A stretch of 39,373 nucleotides of DNA from a virus, in the UHGV virus genome UHGV-0174959, one strand, 5' to 3'. Positions 21,301-28,446 of this stretch are shown here, piece after piece. The number at the start of each line of letters is the position of its first letter. Within the stretch, counting starts at the first letter, position 1. The notes beneath the pieces were generated by a model. That model saw only the letters and a list, made by a program, of their open reading frames with translations. It searched no databases and was not told the origin of the DNA. Made by a program: the position numbers and the translations under genes.

Positions 21301-23249
21301 TTATCTATGATCCGATCGCGCGCGCGGCGAACCGTAAACGCGAAATGACGGCCGACGCAAAAAGGACTTTAAGCCGGATATTCGAGCGGCGCTATTCACG
21401 CAATGAGATGCGCACGATGCGCCAAGAACGAAAATACCAAGTCGGCAACCGAAAAGCGTACACAAAAGAAGAAATATTGACGGCGGCGCTGAATTGGGGT
21501 GCGGCGGAAAACAGAAAGCGCGTATTGCATACGTTTGGCGTTGACGAAATGACAATGAACGCCGCGTTTGGCGAAATTCTAACGGCAAAAGACTGGGACA
21601 CCGTCGAAAAGATTTGGCAATTTATTGACGGCTATTATGAAGAACGAAGCCGCGTTTTGGAACGGGAAACGGGCGTTCCGCTGGGCAAGGTGGAAGCCGT
21701 GCCGTTTACCATTAACGGCCGCAAGTTTGACGGCGGCTACTATCCTATTGTGTACGATCCGCAACTGTCGCAAAAGGCGTCAGACATGGACGTAGCGAAC
21801 GAGTTAGCAAAACAGATGTCAAGTAATGCGGTATTTGGCGCCGGTTTAGGTGCGACGAAGAAACGGCAAGCGGTGGTGAATCGTGAATTGTTGTTGTCGC
21901 TTGACGTATTGCCGCGCGCGGTAAATGAGGCAATATTGCATATTTCCATGCGGGAAGCCGTGCTGGACGTGGCGCATCTGCTGGACCATGCGACGTTGGC
22001 TGAACCGTTGCAGAAAGTCATAGGACAATCGCAATACAGAATGTTGCGCGAGTGGGTACGCGACACGTGGCGGGAAGAATTGGTGCGTGAATCAAGCGCC
22101 GAACAGTTTGCCAATTTGTTGCGGCGTAATGCGACATTTTCTGTCATGGCGTACCGGACAACGACGGCACTTTTGAACATTTGCAACTTGCCGATGGTCG
22201 CTCATTCTTTGGGCAAAATTCGTACATTGCAAGCGTTGGCAACATTCTACCTACACCCGCAACGAATTACGCGAAAGGTTAAAGAGAAATCAAGCTTTAT
22301 CGCGGAACGCGAAGAAAACCTTGACCGTGATTTGGCGCGTGACATGAAAGTATCCGGCAAAGAATTATCCTATGCCGGAACACAAGGCGTGGCCACAAAA
22401 GCGGCGGAAGGCGTTTATTCTGCAAAAGAGGCGGTGGATCGTTTTGGATATTACCTAATTACAAAAACGGACTTAATGTTATCACTTCCGACGTGGCAAG
22501 CCGTGTATGAAGACACGGTGCGGGCGGAAATGGAGCGCGGCGAATTGACGGCGGAACAGATTGACGCGGAGGCAATCGCAAAAGCAGATGAAGCGGTGCG
22601 GCGCATTTGGGGTAGCGGTGAAATTCAGGACCAAGCGAAAGTGCAAAAAGGCCGCATCATGAAATTCTTTACTCCGTTTTATACGTTTTTCTCCGTGGTC
22701 TTAAATGCGCATATCGAGGCCGGATACGCGTTAAAAGACAACGGCAATCCGGTGCCGCTTATGTCTACCGTGTTGTATTGGCTGTTCTTGCAGGCGTTAT
22801 TGGAAACGGCTTTACGCGGTGCAATTGACGCGGCGACGGGGCGCGGTCCCGACGACGACGATGACTGGGTCGAATACTTTGGCAAAGAGTATTTGAAAAA
22901 CTTTGTCGGCACGGCAACGGGCGGTATTCCGGGCGTGAATATTGCGGCGACGCTTACCATGAACACAATGCTCGGCGAATACTACCAAGGACGCGGCAGT
23001 CAAGTGGTTGCGTTGCGTGTCATGGACGAGTTGCAAGATTTGGCGTATGCCGTAGGGTCGGACAAACGGGACTGGATCGACATGGGGCGGTCGGCGTCGC
23101 GCGTCGGGAACAGACTTGTCGGATTTTCCGACACGTTGACCGACGGTTTCTGGACGCTGTTGCGCGTGACGTGTACGGAATCCGACGCGACGTGGGACGA
23201 GGCGGTGGCGGACATTATTTTTGACAGAAAGGCGGGGAAAGCTAAATGA
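12348..23249 (+). CDS. Giant (3633 aa) polyvalent internal virion/ejection protein
   Basis: Occupies the T7 gp16 position. Has an N-terminal Gly/Ala hydrophobic segment, DUF4116-like repeats, an ART-like domain (WHGS...HGWGLYFT), a zincin HESGH peptidase, an LPD3/BECR-like domain and a helical C-terminal core. Confidence 0.85.
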   Translation: MDSREERQKQADAAFRSSGFGMPKIAPSPIQQEADAAASLVNAKPVAPPPTLWEQVRDSEIGRSYFWGKEDYSRRAKEIADRLQVSPDVVSIAGEESLKRWENTFQTLEMGKRDDEFAQTWSDWNDISQTERAIRVHNYSDVKQTMGVVDNITSGIRQMDAQIKLSAMGNERMELEAKGANTDELDARIQNLQKYIMAQSGDGGIVHDTASQLYMMANQSANSGKEVMIGSLMGAAAGAAAGGVGAIPGFITGAGLGYRAGLFNRMNEMERGLSYLEYRSGGEYGKMSAETAAKAATAVGITNAAIEFASFGMGLKALSLGASKLAGRATATGAQSIIRNAARSIASARSVGEATKIFAKSAGIGVASETAEEVAQQAVSDIAWNVSADPSEGTRKMPVTEIISNAVDAGITAAPAILGMSAVLGAGANVRFVSKAARMLRPDYEIQKEMAVHTVGAQMLRDLEADKQTSALFKKDPELYTKSVQEAADKQGLGAFFVDANALMETEDGRNILNSMVSNNVVSEQALQTAIETEGRLEVPVGVYLQEDFTEQQRAAVDKASAWTQDGATQAEMTAHWENMAASKYAQELQDDIDRMINATDRVLSDKFSAADEADKETIRQVLVANPLDLNAARKTVRKGIVDNIEQTFSDTISVMRTDLADGEIQLIPGRDTVHDQDRMLRASSNPQWYKDFYATHKRRPRIDEFYDIMLDEEEKQVQRYYSNGVIRSEQDYEDALQQIENGRKMVESLRTIDAYKDTFDELQKEKAVSLRMYLSPDEMKVYDDVKKYMDNVGGDAQESAHQAAYLWAKRAKVFTQMMHDMGHADFVATDYLDMHPLFAMNEYAPDAADKMAAQLMQRNGGIAPREYFQNRYGDGGYDGQSMSNRARAAYDLGEKPMSKWTKDEIIEAILDYLDETEAETAISIDEIKALPAWLLRQEFLTYRSWHHTGALYNVTDFYGLDFKALDLPLSHYQEKIEEHKKQLAETKGDREIERQKREVRRERREFEARIKELRKYTKYKTDRGLIAAVDDGRVTLEELEQKEQEEKAKGYRRYTEYKTEAALIKALRNGDITMENLEALRDEKDPKRIAARKLAKAQGKKEWLEVVANDPALFRLLPEQARNDKDVALAALRRGGVAQLAHVDGALTSDPDFITEAVRVRAASLTCFKWILLRDNFALLRRVIADTPRAAEYLPGILSGTEAREIIPVLAKETPESALFSLPKTSAFNGEEIEDIFRSAPKVAELFAKEDINHYKLKDRDKAARYQAVAREFLKAESRIEYFQAAWHGSQHSFGRFDTSAIGTGTGRQAHGWGLYFTQSQDTARRYRDQLVSRESLRKKKTDGSYGQYLILENGKPIDAAAQEAINRRIAAKTLKMVANGRPEGTYFLPELKQVMQQLEEGDAPTNRLIHVLREQIDTIKSNNKISIAAFLRQVPTEEKARIGKIVREAKAAANKEGRRTTIADVLEGIERHAKPLISQRERELADWRALSGLKVNALTVVAPGSLYKVDIPENEVLLDENRPLNEQPETVRKAIAAYYQSRPESYIEATADDLGTNTGEYFLHDVVAQMQREGKEDPKKAASLLLHKFGIEGITYKEYRDGRCFVVFNDEAVRVLERNGQAVGELYQDDSAETQEQPLIAIHNTDAEKIKHIAEMGGIAIPSLGIARADVPYGSFGDITLIAGSEFINPAMKENPTFDADVYSSRYPAIAAYKMEKGAEKQLAEILDPLVEKFTGRSGYASYKMSSIKKSLSGGVIDALGGLNHDETVLMAFAALRGKTQKDLPNYAALADHYALHTQEFRDWITPIFNNLPKQGRILVGFRPNGQRRYKPYTLENIVKMMRGNPRNAEGRHYGIGNLRAVWAKKYKNLGEAQEDRGRIVSAEEMEERKKKLREEWNSLLEKAGNVRDEIVSDVIINYSKNDWENALKRRNITGITADDLERFMNHLTSAPTEYFEVKKQRAVGLDEFYAAIVPKGTTREVRKILRDAGLRVVTYDGKNRNEVLLKTAQQLQKKHGDVLFQRQQERHIRGMTALRDGRQMLFLFRKNANFSTFVHESGHVFLEDLQQMAAQDNAPEWLKKDWQAVKEWTGWKDGADNRAAHEKWARGFEAYVREGNAPSRDLKAVFRRFRRWLVGIYQNLLDLGEIPPESIRNVMDRMLATQEEIDAYTAEKALDTMQDVDTKLAARLAKLKARAAEKVEKDVEAKIRKGVEEVLEDAVESWRTARTEELRKEDIYKHEALAKQFGEDVLNKYYADAAAFEKALEDAGGPLEERLKREEQEQRKAFADELMNPESIRAQVEEYMTGELGQADLLEAETRYIARERNKLAGEYMKQLRKLNDNPQRGNPKRRLHPGELPESPTRDELLAKPDVQVVDVALPENSPLVPSAELRAAQQTRDEAYAAGKRGKSLPDNPYWKEYRAQAKAWLKEHVPDTILNRELGRITVNRKSLDHALNSIRGNGFVRLAILADLENVLANSVVTHVSRVTHGNVTNKKVFIAHGPVRVHGSTYLAKHVIKEAAGGRFYYDTQSTEIKIAEPLASYAGKTTVANDANVLSNFSTISIEEMLKHVKSEDQPLADGYLTEAERLAEVLSYLRSELKGHEGARESVKDAQKQLSKIRQQERAAVQELEREQTLVKQLKESNAEDAEEHAQKLAEMRQKLTAMRKENAAKVQAIKKTAQEEINTRLQGLRDVRDSTQGRLRLIEEQAAQTLRQAPIGESLTWKTYQRKIAYYGTLSSKALVRGDYVQAAEMKERQLYHAYLAKHAVMQEQQVDKDIRRLRENLKRMTRSQQPIRLDTQARYFVHHLMYQLGLTGTDAQAPIDGFEWSSIEELLNPDVAFGMGGDPVVSPALRAMFEADGRNEKTWRQIPFETWEQTVQVLQAVYTAGRRMHDGLAIVRKNGEHVSIADAANELALKLKKRYGEDNRDLRQIRNDMTRADRMGQLAGELVTQLIKPEIIMNRLDGRAVGVKIDDDSFHRFIYDPIARAANRKREMTADAKRTLSRIFERRYSRNEMRTMRQERKYQVGNRKAYTKEEILTAALNWGAAENRKRVLHTFGVDEMTMNAAFGEILTAKDWDTVEKIWQFIDGYYEERSRVLERETGVPLGKVEAVPFTINGRKFDGGYYPIVYDPQLSQKASDMDVANELAKQMSSNAVFGAGLGATKKRQAVVNRELLLSLDVLPRAVNEAILHISMREAVLDVAHLLDHATLAEPLQKVIGQSQYRMLREWVRDTWREELVRESSAEQFANLLRRNATFSVMAYRTTTALLNICNLPMVAHSLGKIRTLQALATFYLHPQRITRKVKEKSSFIAEREENLDRDLARDMKVSGKELSYAGTQGVATKAAEGVYSAKEAVDRFGYYLITKTDLMLSLPTWQAVYEDTVRAEMERGELTAEQIDAEAIAKADEAVRRIWGSGEIQDQAKVQKGRIMKFFTPFYTFFSVVLNAHIEAGYALKDNGNPVPLMSTVLYWLFLQALLETALRGAIDAATGRGPDDDDDWVEYFGKEYLKNFVGTATGGIPGVNIAATLTMNTMLGEYYQGRGSQVVALRVMDELQDLAYAVGSDKRDWIDMGRSASRVGNRLVGFSDTLTDGFWTLLRVTCTESDATWDEAVADIIFDRKAGKAK
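19954..20036 (-). ncRNA. Putative antisense hairpin small RNA embedded in the giant gene
   Basis: Minus-strand TTGACA(20071-66)-17 bp-TATACT(20048-43). Nested perfect 13-bp (19958-70/20022-34) and 9-bp (19975-83/20008-16) inverted repeats, ending in a U-rich tract. Confidence 0.65.
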
Positions 23250-25783
23250 TCCAAGAAACAAAAACGAGCGTGGTATACGTGGGGGACGGCCGACAAAGGT
23301 CGTTCCCTTTTCCGTATCGGTATTACGATGCGAAAGACGTGGTCGGCTATGTGGAAAACAAGGGCAAGTGGGAACGAATTACGGGCAATTATGAATATCA
23401 CGACGGCGAAAAATCGTATGAATATCCGACGACAGGCGCGCCGTTAGCTAAGGGCGTAAAACTTAAACTTGCGCGGGAAACGAAACAATCGCAAGAATAC
23501 GACTTTGCCGAAGAACCCGTGGAAAAGGCGCTGGATAAAATTACGATGATCTTACAAGAGATTAACCGGGACGGCCTTGTACAGGTCGGCGTCGGCGACT
23601 TTGACGGCGTTATACCGGCGGGGCGGCCGTTCGCGTTCCTCCAATATAACGCAGATGCAAGCGGCTTTGACGTGGTAGATTTGCCCGACTTTGCCGGCGA
23701 GAAAAAAACATTATTGGCTATTCGTGCCGGTGCGGAATCGGCGGCGGACAGGGCGGAGGAAGCCGCCAAACGAGCGGGCGAACAAGTAACGGCGGGGGCG
23801 GAAACGCTAAACAATTCACTTGCCACAATTGCCGGTGCGGTATCGGGCGGCGTCGCACGTATTGAAACGCAGACGCGGCAAGCATTGAATGACGTAAACA
23901 CGGCGGCGCAAGCGGCAGAAGATAAAACGAAAAACGCGGTACAGGCAACACAAGACGCGGCCGCACAAGCGCAAAAAGAAATTGCAGCCGCACAGACGGC
24001 CGCCGAAAACGCGAAAAAAGAAATTACCGATATACAAACAGACGTTCAAAACAATTTGGCGCAAAAACAAAACGAATTTAACGCGCGGGCAAATGAAATT
24101 TTGGACAAGGTCGGAGAAATCGAAGGCGCCGTACAACGTGGGGAAGATGCGGTTGCGTCGTTACAAAAATATGACGGACTAGAAGCCGCGGTTAAACAAG
24201 CGAAAGCGGCCTATGATCAGTCTGTTTCTAGACTGGAACGTTCCATGGCCGACGTTGTTAGCCGGACCGAGGAACTTACGCAAATAGAAACAGCAACAAA
24301 AGCCGACGCGCAAGCCGCAAAAGACGCGCGACAAGGAGCGGAAACGGCGGCAAGCACGGCGAACAGCGCGGCAACAAGTGCGGGAAAATCAGAAACGGCC
24401 GCAAAAAGCGCACGGACGGCCGCAGAAAGCGCGCGCACGGAAGCGCAGACAGCGCAGACGGCCGCACAAGAAGCGCGCAAGAACGCGGAAACGGCCGCAC
24501 AAACGGCAAGCGGCGCCGCCACAAGTGCGACACAGTCGGCAGGGGCGGCAAAAAGCGCACAAGATAACGCGCAAGCCGCAAGCGCGAAAGCACAGACGGC
24601 AAGCACGAAAGCAGAAACGGCTAACACGGAAGCGCAAAAGGCGAAAACGGTGGCCGAAAAAGCAAGCATGAGCGCAGAAGCGGCGAACAGAGAAACGCAG
24701 ACGGCAAGCACGGCGGCACAGGACGCGGCCGCACAAGCGCAAGCCGCCAACAGAGAAGCGCAGAGCGCGAGCGCACTTACGGCAAGCACCAAGACAGAAT
24801 TGAACGCACTAGCAGAAAAAGCGCAAAAATCGGAAGGCGCGGCAAGTACATCGGCAACACAAGCGAAACAATCGGAAAGCGCAGCCGCCACAAGTGCCGA
24901 AGAAGCAAAAAACGCGGCAAAGCAAGCGGAACAGATCGCGGGCGGTGACTTTCTAACAACAGCAAAAGCGGAAACAATGTTTGCCGACAAAGACGGCACG
25001 GCGACGGCGCTAGACAGCAAGGCGAACACGGCGGACGTTTACACCAAAAAAGAATCAGACGGGAAATACTTACAAAAAACAGATAAGATTGACGCCTATA
25101 CGAAAGCGGAAACAGATACGACATTCGCCACAAAAGCGGAAGCCGCCGAAACGTTTGCCACAAAAGAAGAAACAAACACAAAGGCAAGCGCGGCCGACGT
25201 TTACACAAAGACGCAAGCAGACGAAAGATACTTACAAAAGACGGACAAAATTGACGCGTATACAAAGGCGGAAACAGATGCGACGTTTGCGACAAAAACG
25301 GAGGTGGGGACAAAGGCAAACACAACAGACGTATATACGCGGAAACAGTCGGACGGTCGTTACACGCAATCAACATACGCGAATACAACATTCGCCACAA
25401 AAGCGCAGGTCAATACAAAAGCGAACGCGGCCGATGTTTATACAAAGACGCAAGCAGATGCGAAATACCAACTAAAAGGCACGTATGCGAGTGTTGAATA
25501 CGTAGACGGTCGTGTGGCTAATATCGTCAATAGCGCGCCGGAGACGCTGGACACATTGCAAGAATTGGCGCAAGCGTTGGGAAATGATCCGAACTTTGCC
25601 ACTACTGTCGCAAATAAAATCGGAACAAAAGCCGACAGGGCGACAACAGAAAACGCGCTAAAAGGGAAGGCGAACGCGGCAGATGTATACACGAGAACGG
25701 AAACAACAAGCAAGCTAAACGAAAAGGCAAGCAAGCAAGATGTGGCAAATAAAACGGCGATCACGTTAGTTGTGTGGGGGTGA
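23246..25783 (+). CDS. Tail fibre shaft protein
   Basis: T7 gp17-like N-terminal adaptor (YVGDGRQRSFPFPY), long Ala-rich coiled coil, KANxADVYTK/YTKAETD repeats and APETLDTLQELAQALGNDPNFATTV motif. Confidence 0.85.
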   Translation: MIQETKTSVVYVGDGRQRSFPFPYRYYDAKDVVGYVENKGKWERITGNYEYHDGEKSYEYPTTGAPLAKGVKLKLARETKQSQEYDFAEEPVEKALDKITMILQEINRDGLVQVGVGDFDGVIPAGRPFAFLQYNADASGFDVVDLPDFAGEKKTLLAIRAGAESAADRAEEAAKRAGEQVTAGAETLNNSLATIAGAVSGGVARIETQTRQALNDVNTAAQAAEDKTKNAVQATQDAAAQAQKEIAAAQTAAENAKKEITDIQTDVQNNLAQKQNEFNARANEILDKVGEIEGAVQRGEDAVASLQKYDGLEAAVKQAKAAYDQSVSRLERSMADVVSRTEELTQIETATKADAQAAKDARQGAETAASTANSAATSAGKSETAAKSARTAAESARTEAQTAQTAAQEARKNAETAAQTASGAATSATQSAGAAKSAQDNAQAASAKAQTASTKAETANTEAQKAKTVAEKASMSAEAANRETQTASTAAQDAAAQAQAANREAQSASALTASTKTELNALAEKAQKSEGAASTSATQAKQSESAAATSAEEAKNAAKQAEQIAGGDFLTTAKAETMFADKDGTATALDSKANTADVYTKKESDGKYLQKTDKIDAYTKAETDTTFATKAEAAETFATKEETNTKASAADVYTKTQADERYLQKTDKIDAYTKAETDATFATKTEVGTKANTTDVYTRKQSDGRYTQSTYANTTFATKAQVNTKANAADVYTKTQADAKYQLKGTYASVEYVDGRVANIVNSAPETLDTLQELAQALGNDPNFATTVANKIGTKADRATTENALKGKANAADVYTRTETTSKLNEKASKQDVANKTAITLVVWG
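25010..25470 (+). repeat. Intragenic tandem repeats in the tail fibre
   Basis: TACTTACAAAA..ATTGACGC.TATAC.AA.GCGGAAACAGAT at 25067 and 25229 (162-nt offset), plus several KA(N/S)xxDVYT(K/R) units. Confidence 0.8.
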
Positions 25784-25790
25784 ATGGTCA

Positions 25791-26780
25791 ATGGCAGAAA
25801 AAATCAGTACGCAAGCGGTTACTAATCTTATTATTAACAAGATGAACGCGGCCGCCTATTTTGAGGAGAAAGACGCGGGGCGACTGAAAGACAACGAAGT
25901 GTATATTGTAGAACCGGACAAGCAAGGGGAAAGCGTTGATGCGTTTTATAAGTGGCTGAAAGAACGCAATTATAACATGAACAATTTCCGCGGACTGGAA
26001 ACGATTTTTCCGGTTGTTAAACTTTCTCCAATTAAGATTGACGTCATAGCAGAAGATGCAACTGAAATGACCGGTACTGCGGCGCCTAATGTAAAAGTTA
26101 TCTTCAAAGGGAAAACGGCAATATCTGATAATGACGGGCGGTGGCGGTTGCCCGCTGTTCCTGATCCAAACGCAACAGAAGTTACTGTTCAATGGGTGGA
26201 TTACGCAGGACGGACACACACGGAAAAAGTGTTTACCTTCTTCAAAAAGTACTGCATTCCGAACGGTATTCAAATTGTCACACAATCTATTGCGGAAAAA
26301 TATAAATTGAACAAGCCGGAAAACCTTGAGTTCCCAAGAAGTGTTACGCAGATTGAGGAAAAGGCGTTTTATAATTACACGCAAATAACCGGCGCGTCTG
26401 CACCGTCTTGCGAATACGTCGGTACTAAAGCCTTTTGTAGCTGTTCGAAATTAAAAAGCATATCGCTTCCAGCCTGTATTGATATAGGGAGCGACACGTT
26501 TTTCCAATGTTATGCGCTTACGGCTGTTTCGCTTCCGGCTTGTACGAGGTTGGGCGCGTCTGCGTTCTATGATTGCTCTTCACTTACAAGCGTATCGTTA
26601 CCACAATGTGCGAATATAGGGGCGGGCGCTTTTTATGGGTGTACTAGGTTGAAAACGGTTATTTTATCTGAACGCTGGACGCCTAATGATAATGTTTATG
26701 TTCCTAATACTGCCACTGTCTACAATTCTGATAAAACAAAAAAAGTAGACTGGTATTACAAAAAATGGGTCAATGTGTAA
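25791..26780 (+). CDS. BspA/TpLRR-type leucine-rich-repeat protein, candidate receptor-binding protein
   Basis: Repeats of IGxxAFxxCxxLxSVSLP preceded by an Ig-like segment (TGTAAPNVKV...DNDGRW). Lower GC than the flanking genes. Confidence 0.8.
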   Translation: MAEKISTQAVTNLIINKMNAAAYFEEKDAGRLKDNEVYIVEPDKQGESVDAFYKWLKERNYNMNNFRGLETIFPVVKLSPIKIDVIAEDATEMTGTAAPNVKVIFKGKTAISDNDGRWRLPAVPDPNATEVTVQWVDYAGRTHTEKVFTFFKKYCIPNGIQIVTQSIAEKYKLNKPENLEFPRSVTQIEEKAFYNYTQITGASAPSCEYVGTKAFCSCSKLKSISLPACIDIGSDTFFQCYALTAVSLPACTRLGASAFYDCSSLTSVSLPQCANIGAGAFYGCTRLKTVILSERWTPNDNVYVPNTATVYNSDKTKKVDWYYKKWVNV

Positions 26781-26785
26781 TCTTT

Positions 26786-26808
26786 AGCGCCTTTTGAGGC
26801 GCTTTTTT
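26786..26808 (+). terminator. Terminator-like hairpin before holin
   Basis: AGCGCCT-tttg-AGGCGCT-TTTTT. Confidence 0.6.
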
Positions 26809-26821
26809 AATGGAGCAAATT

Positions 26822-27361
26822 ATGTTGAAAGAAATAAACGAAATTATTCATGGCGTATCTGATGCGATGACGAAACTCGCCGACGCGTGGTGGGTGAAGT
26901 CCTTTTTTTCCGCCTTAGGTAGCGGCGCTATTTGGCTGATACATCTTAAACACGTTCAAGTCTTGGGCGTGTTTATTTTATTAGTATTAATTGACCTTAC
27001 TACTAAATGGAGCGCGATTACTTATCAGATGTTGCTTGAAAAAGGGGCAAAGCCGGAGAACATATCCGGCTTTGATAAGTGGATAGCTATTCCGGTAGCG
27101 TTCGCCGAGGGGCGTGTGTCATCGCGCTTTTGTCGGAACGGCTTTTTTTATAAGCTGTTGACCTATACCATTGCCACGGCGGCTGGGTTCTGTTGGGACT
27201 TCATGACCGGCGCAGGTTTCGCCGTCAATCTCGTGTGGATGTACTTGGGCGCATCTGAATTTTTATCTATTCTGGAAAACATGCGCGACGGCGGTAACGT
27301 TGCTATGGGGCGCTTTTTGGATCTCGTGAAAGATAAGGTCGAGAAGAAAATAAAGATGTGA
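26822..27361 (+). CDS. Holin (phage holin 4-like)
   Basis: Multiple TM segments, LIDLTT and SEFLSILEN motifs, basic C-terminus. GGAG RBS before ATG 26822. Confidence 0.85.
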   Translation: MLKEINEIIHGVSDAMTKLADAWWVKSFFSALGSGAIWLIHLKHVQVLGVFILLVLIDLTTKWSAITYQMLLEKGAKPENISGFDKWIAIPVAFAEGRVSSRFCRNGFFYKLLTYTIATAAGFCWDFMTGAGFAVNLVWMYLGASEFLSILENMRDGGNVAMGRFLDLVKDKVEKKIKM

Positions 27362-27375
27362 AAGGAGAATGAGCG

Positions 27376-27897
27376 ATGAAAGTATTTATTAATCCGGGGC
27401 ATGCTCCGAACGGCGTGCCGGATCCGGGGGCGGTCAATCCGGTAACAGGGGATCGCGAATGTGATTATGCTTTAACTTGCGGCGAACAGTTGAGGGACTA
27501 TCTCATTGCCGCCGGTTGCAAGGCTGCTATGCTCCAGTCCGACAGTTTGAGCGAAATATGCGAAACTTCGAACGCGTGGGAAGCTGACGTTTTTGTGTCT
27601 ATCCACTGTAACTCATTCAACACGATGGCGAGAGGCACAGAGACGCTTTATAAGTCGGAATCGGGAAAAGTATTAGCCGAATGTATTCAATCTCAGATTA
27701 TTAATTCGATTGATACGCTTGACCGTGGAATTAAGGAGCGAGACCGTCTCTGGGTACTCAATGCTACCAATGCGCCAGCCGTATTAGTTGAATTAGCGTT
27801 CATCGACAACGCAAATGACCTTGAATTGCTGAAAACGCAGTTAAACGCCTTTTCTGCGGCAATTGCGCGCGGCGTGACTGATTATGCCAGACGGTGA
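27376..27897 (+). CDS. Endolysin, N-acetylmuramoyl-L-alanine amidase (Amidase_3), no cell-wall-binding domain
   Basis: FINPGH, E, FVSIHCN and PAVLVELAFIDN zinc-amidase motifs. Confidence 0.93.
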   Translation: MKVFINPGHAPNGVPDPGAVNPVTGDRECDYALTCGEQLRDYLIAAGCKAAMLQSDSLSEICETSNAWEADVFVSIHCNSFNTMARGTETLYKSESGKVLAECIQSQIINSIDTLDRGIKERDRLWVLNATNAPAVLVELAFIDNANDLELLKTQLNAFSAAIARGVTDYARR

Positions 27898-27964
27898 ATA
27901 AAAGCCTGTAAAACACGCTAATTTTCGTGACGTTTTTAAGCGAAGGAGCGGCAAAAGTACGATG

Positions 27965-28037
27965 TAGGAAAAATCATGTATTTTTTTCATAGGTGGCGAG
28001 GGTCGCTAGGAAAAAATAACGGTTTTTTCATAGGTGG
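27965..28037. repeat. Two imperfect palindromic direct repeats (type A)
   Basis: TAGGAAAAA-N-TTTTTTCATAGGTGG at 27965 and 28007 (42-nt spacing). Confidence 0.85.
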
Positions 28038-28117
28038 TGACGGCAGTTGTTTCCAAAATGGAAATATCTGCTTTTTGATTTAGGGGGTTGTTTTTTCAAA
28101 GTATGTTAAAATGTGAG

Positions 28118-28190
28118 CAGGTGAACGCGACAAGTCTACGCGAGGAGTCGCAAAGGCCTTGCTTATCTATGCGAGCGGCAAGGCCTTTTT
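28118..28190 (+). ncRNA. Putative two-hairpin small RNA 1
   Basis: Extended -10 TGtTAAAAT (28104-12). Hairpins GCGAC/GTCGC and AAAGGCCTTGC/GCAAGGCCTTT plus T tract, with loops CTACGCGAG and CTATGCGAG. Confidence 0.6.
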
Positions 28191-28217
28191 GTATGCAATG
28201 TGCTACAATATAATTGA

Positions 28218-28279
28218 ACAGCGGTAATCCTACGGGAGCGCCGCGGGGACTTGTCTACGGTGAGTACGCAAGTCCTTTT
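28218..28279 (+). ncRNA. Putative two-hairpin small RNA 2
   Basis: TGcTACAAT/TATAAT (28201-14). Hairpins GCGGT/GCCGC and GGACTTG/CAAGTCC plus TTTT, with loops CTACGGGAG and CTACGGTGAG. Confidence 0.6.
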
Positions 28280-28291
28280 AATTTGGAAACG

Positions 28292-28368
28292 TTGAACTTC
28301 GTAAAAATCGGTGTTTTCACGAAGCTAAAATATTGAACTTCGTAAAAAGTAGCATTTTCACGAAGTTA
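28292..28368. repeat. Two imperfect palindromic direct repeats (type B)
   Basis: TTGAACTTCGTAAAAA-N7-TTTTCACGAAGyTA at 28292 and 28333 (41-nt spacing). Confidence 0.88.
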
Positions 28369-28446
28369 GGTTGCGTATCTTTTTTTGCTTTTATCTATAT
28401 ATGGTATGTGAAGAAATTGCACATACTATAAAAGGGGTGAGAACGA

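Noticed and set aside
21795..21823. Second antisense promoter in the giant gene (TTGACA at 21823-18)
   Set aside because: No -10 at the correct spacing and no hairpin downstream
24217..25029. Long minus-strand ORFs opposite the fibre and giant genes (also 13001-13663, 15509-16108)
   Set aside because: Shadow ORFs of Ala-rich, codon-biased sense genes, with no RBS or recognisable motifs
25770..25791. +1 frameshift at TGG-GGG-TGA fusing the fibre to the LRR gene
   Set aside because: The G-run is adequately explained as the RBS (GGGGGTGA) for ATG 25791
27965..28368. Mini CRISPR array
   Set aside because: Only two copies of each repeat. The variable part is the 7-9 nt centre of the palindrome, gaps are 5-10 nt rather than spacer-sized, and there are no cas genes.
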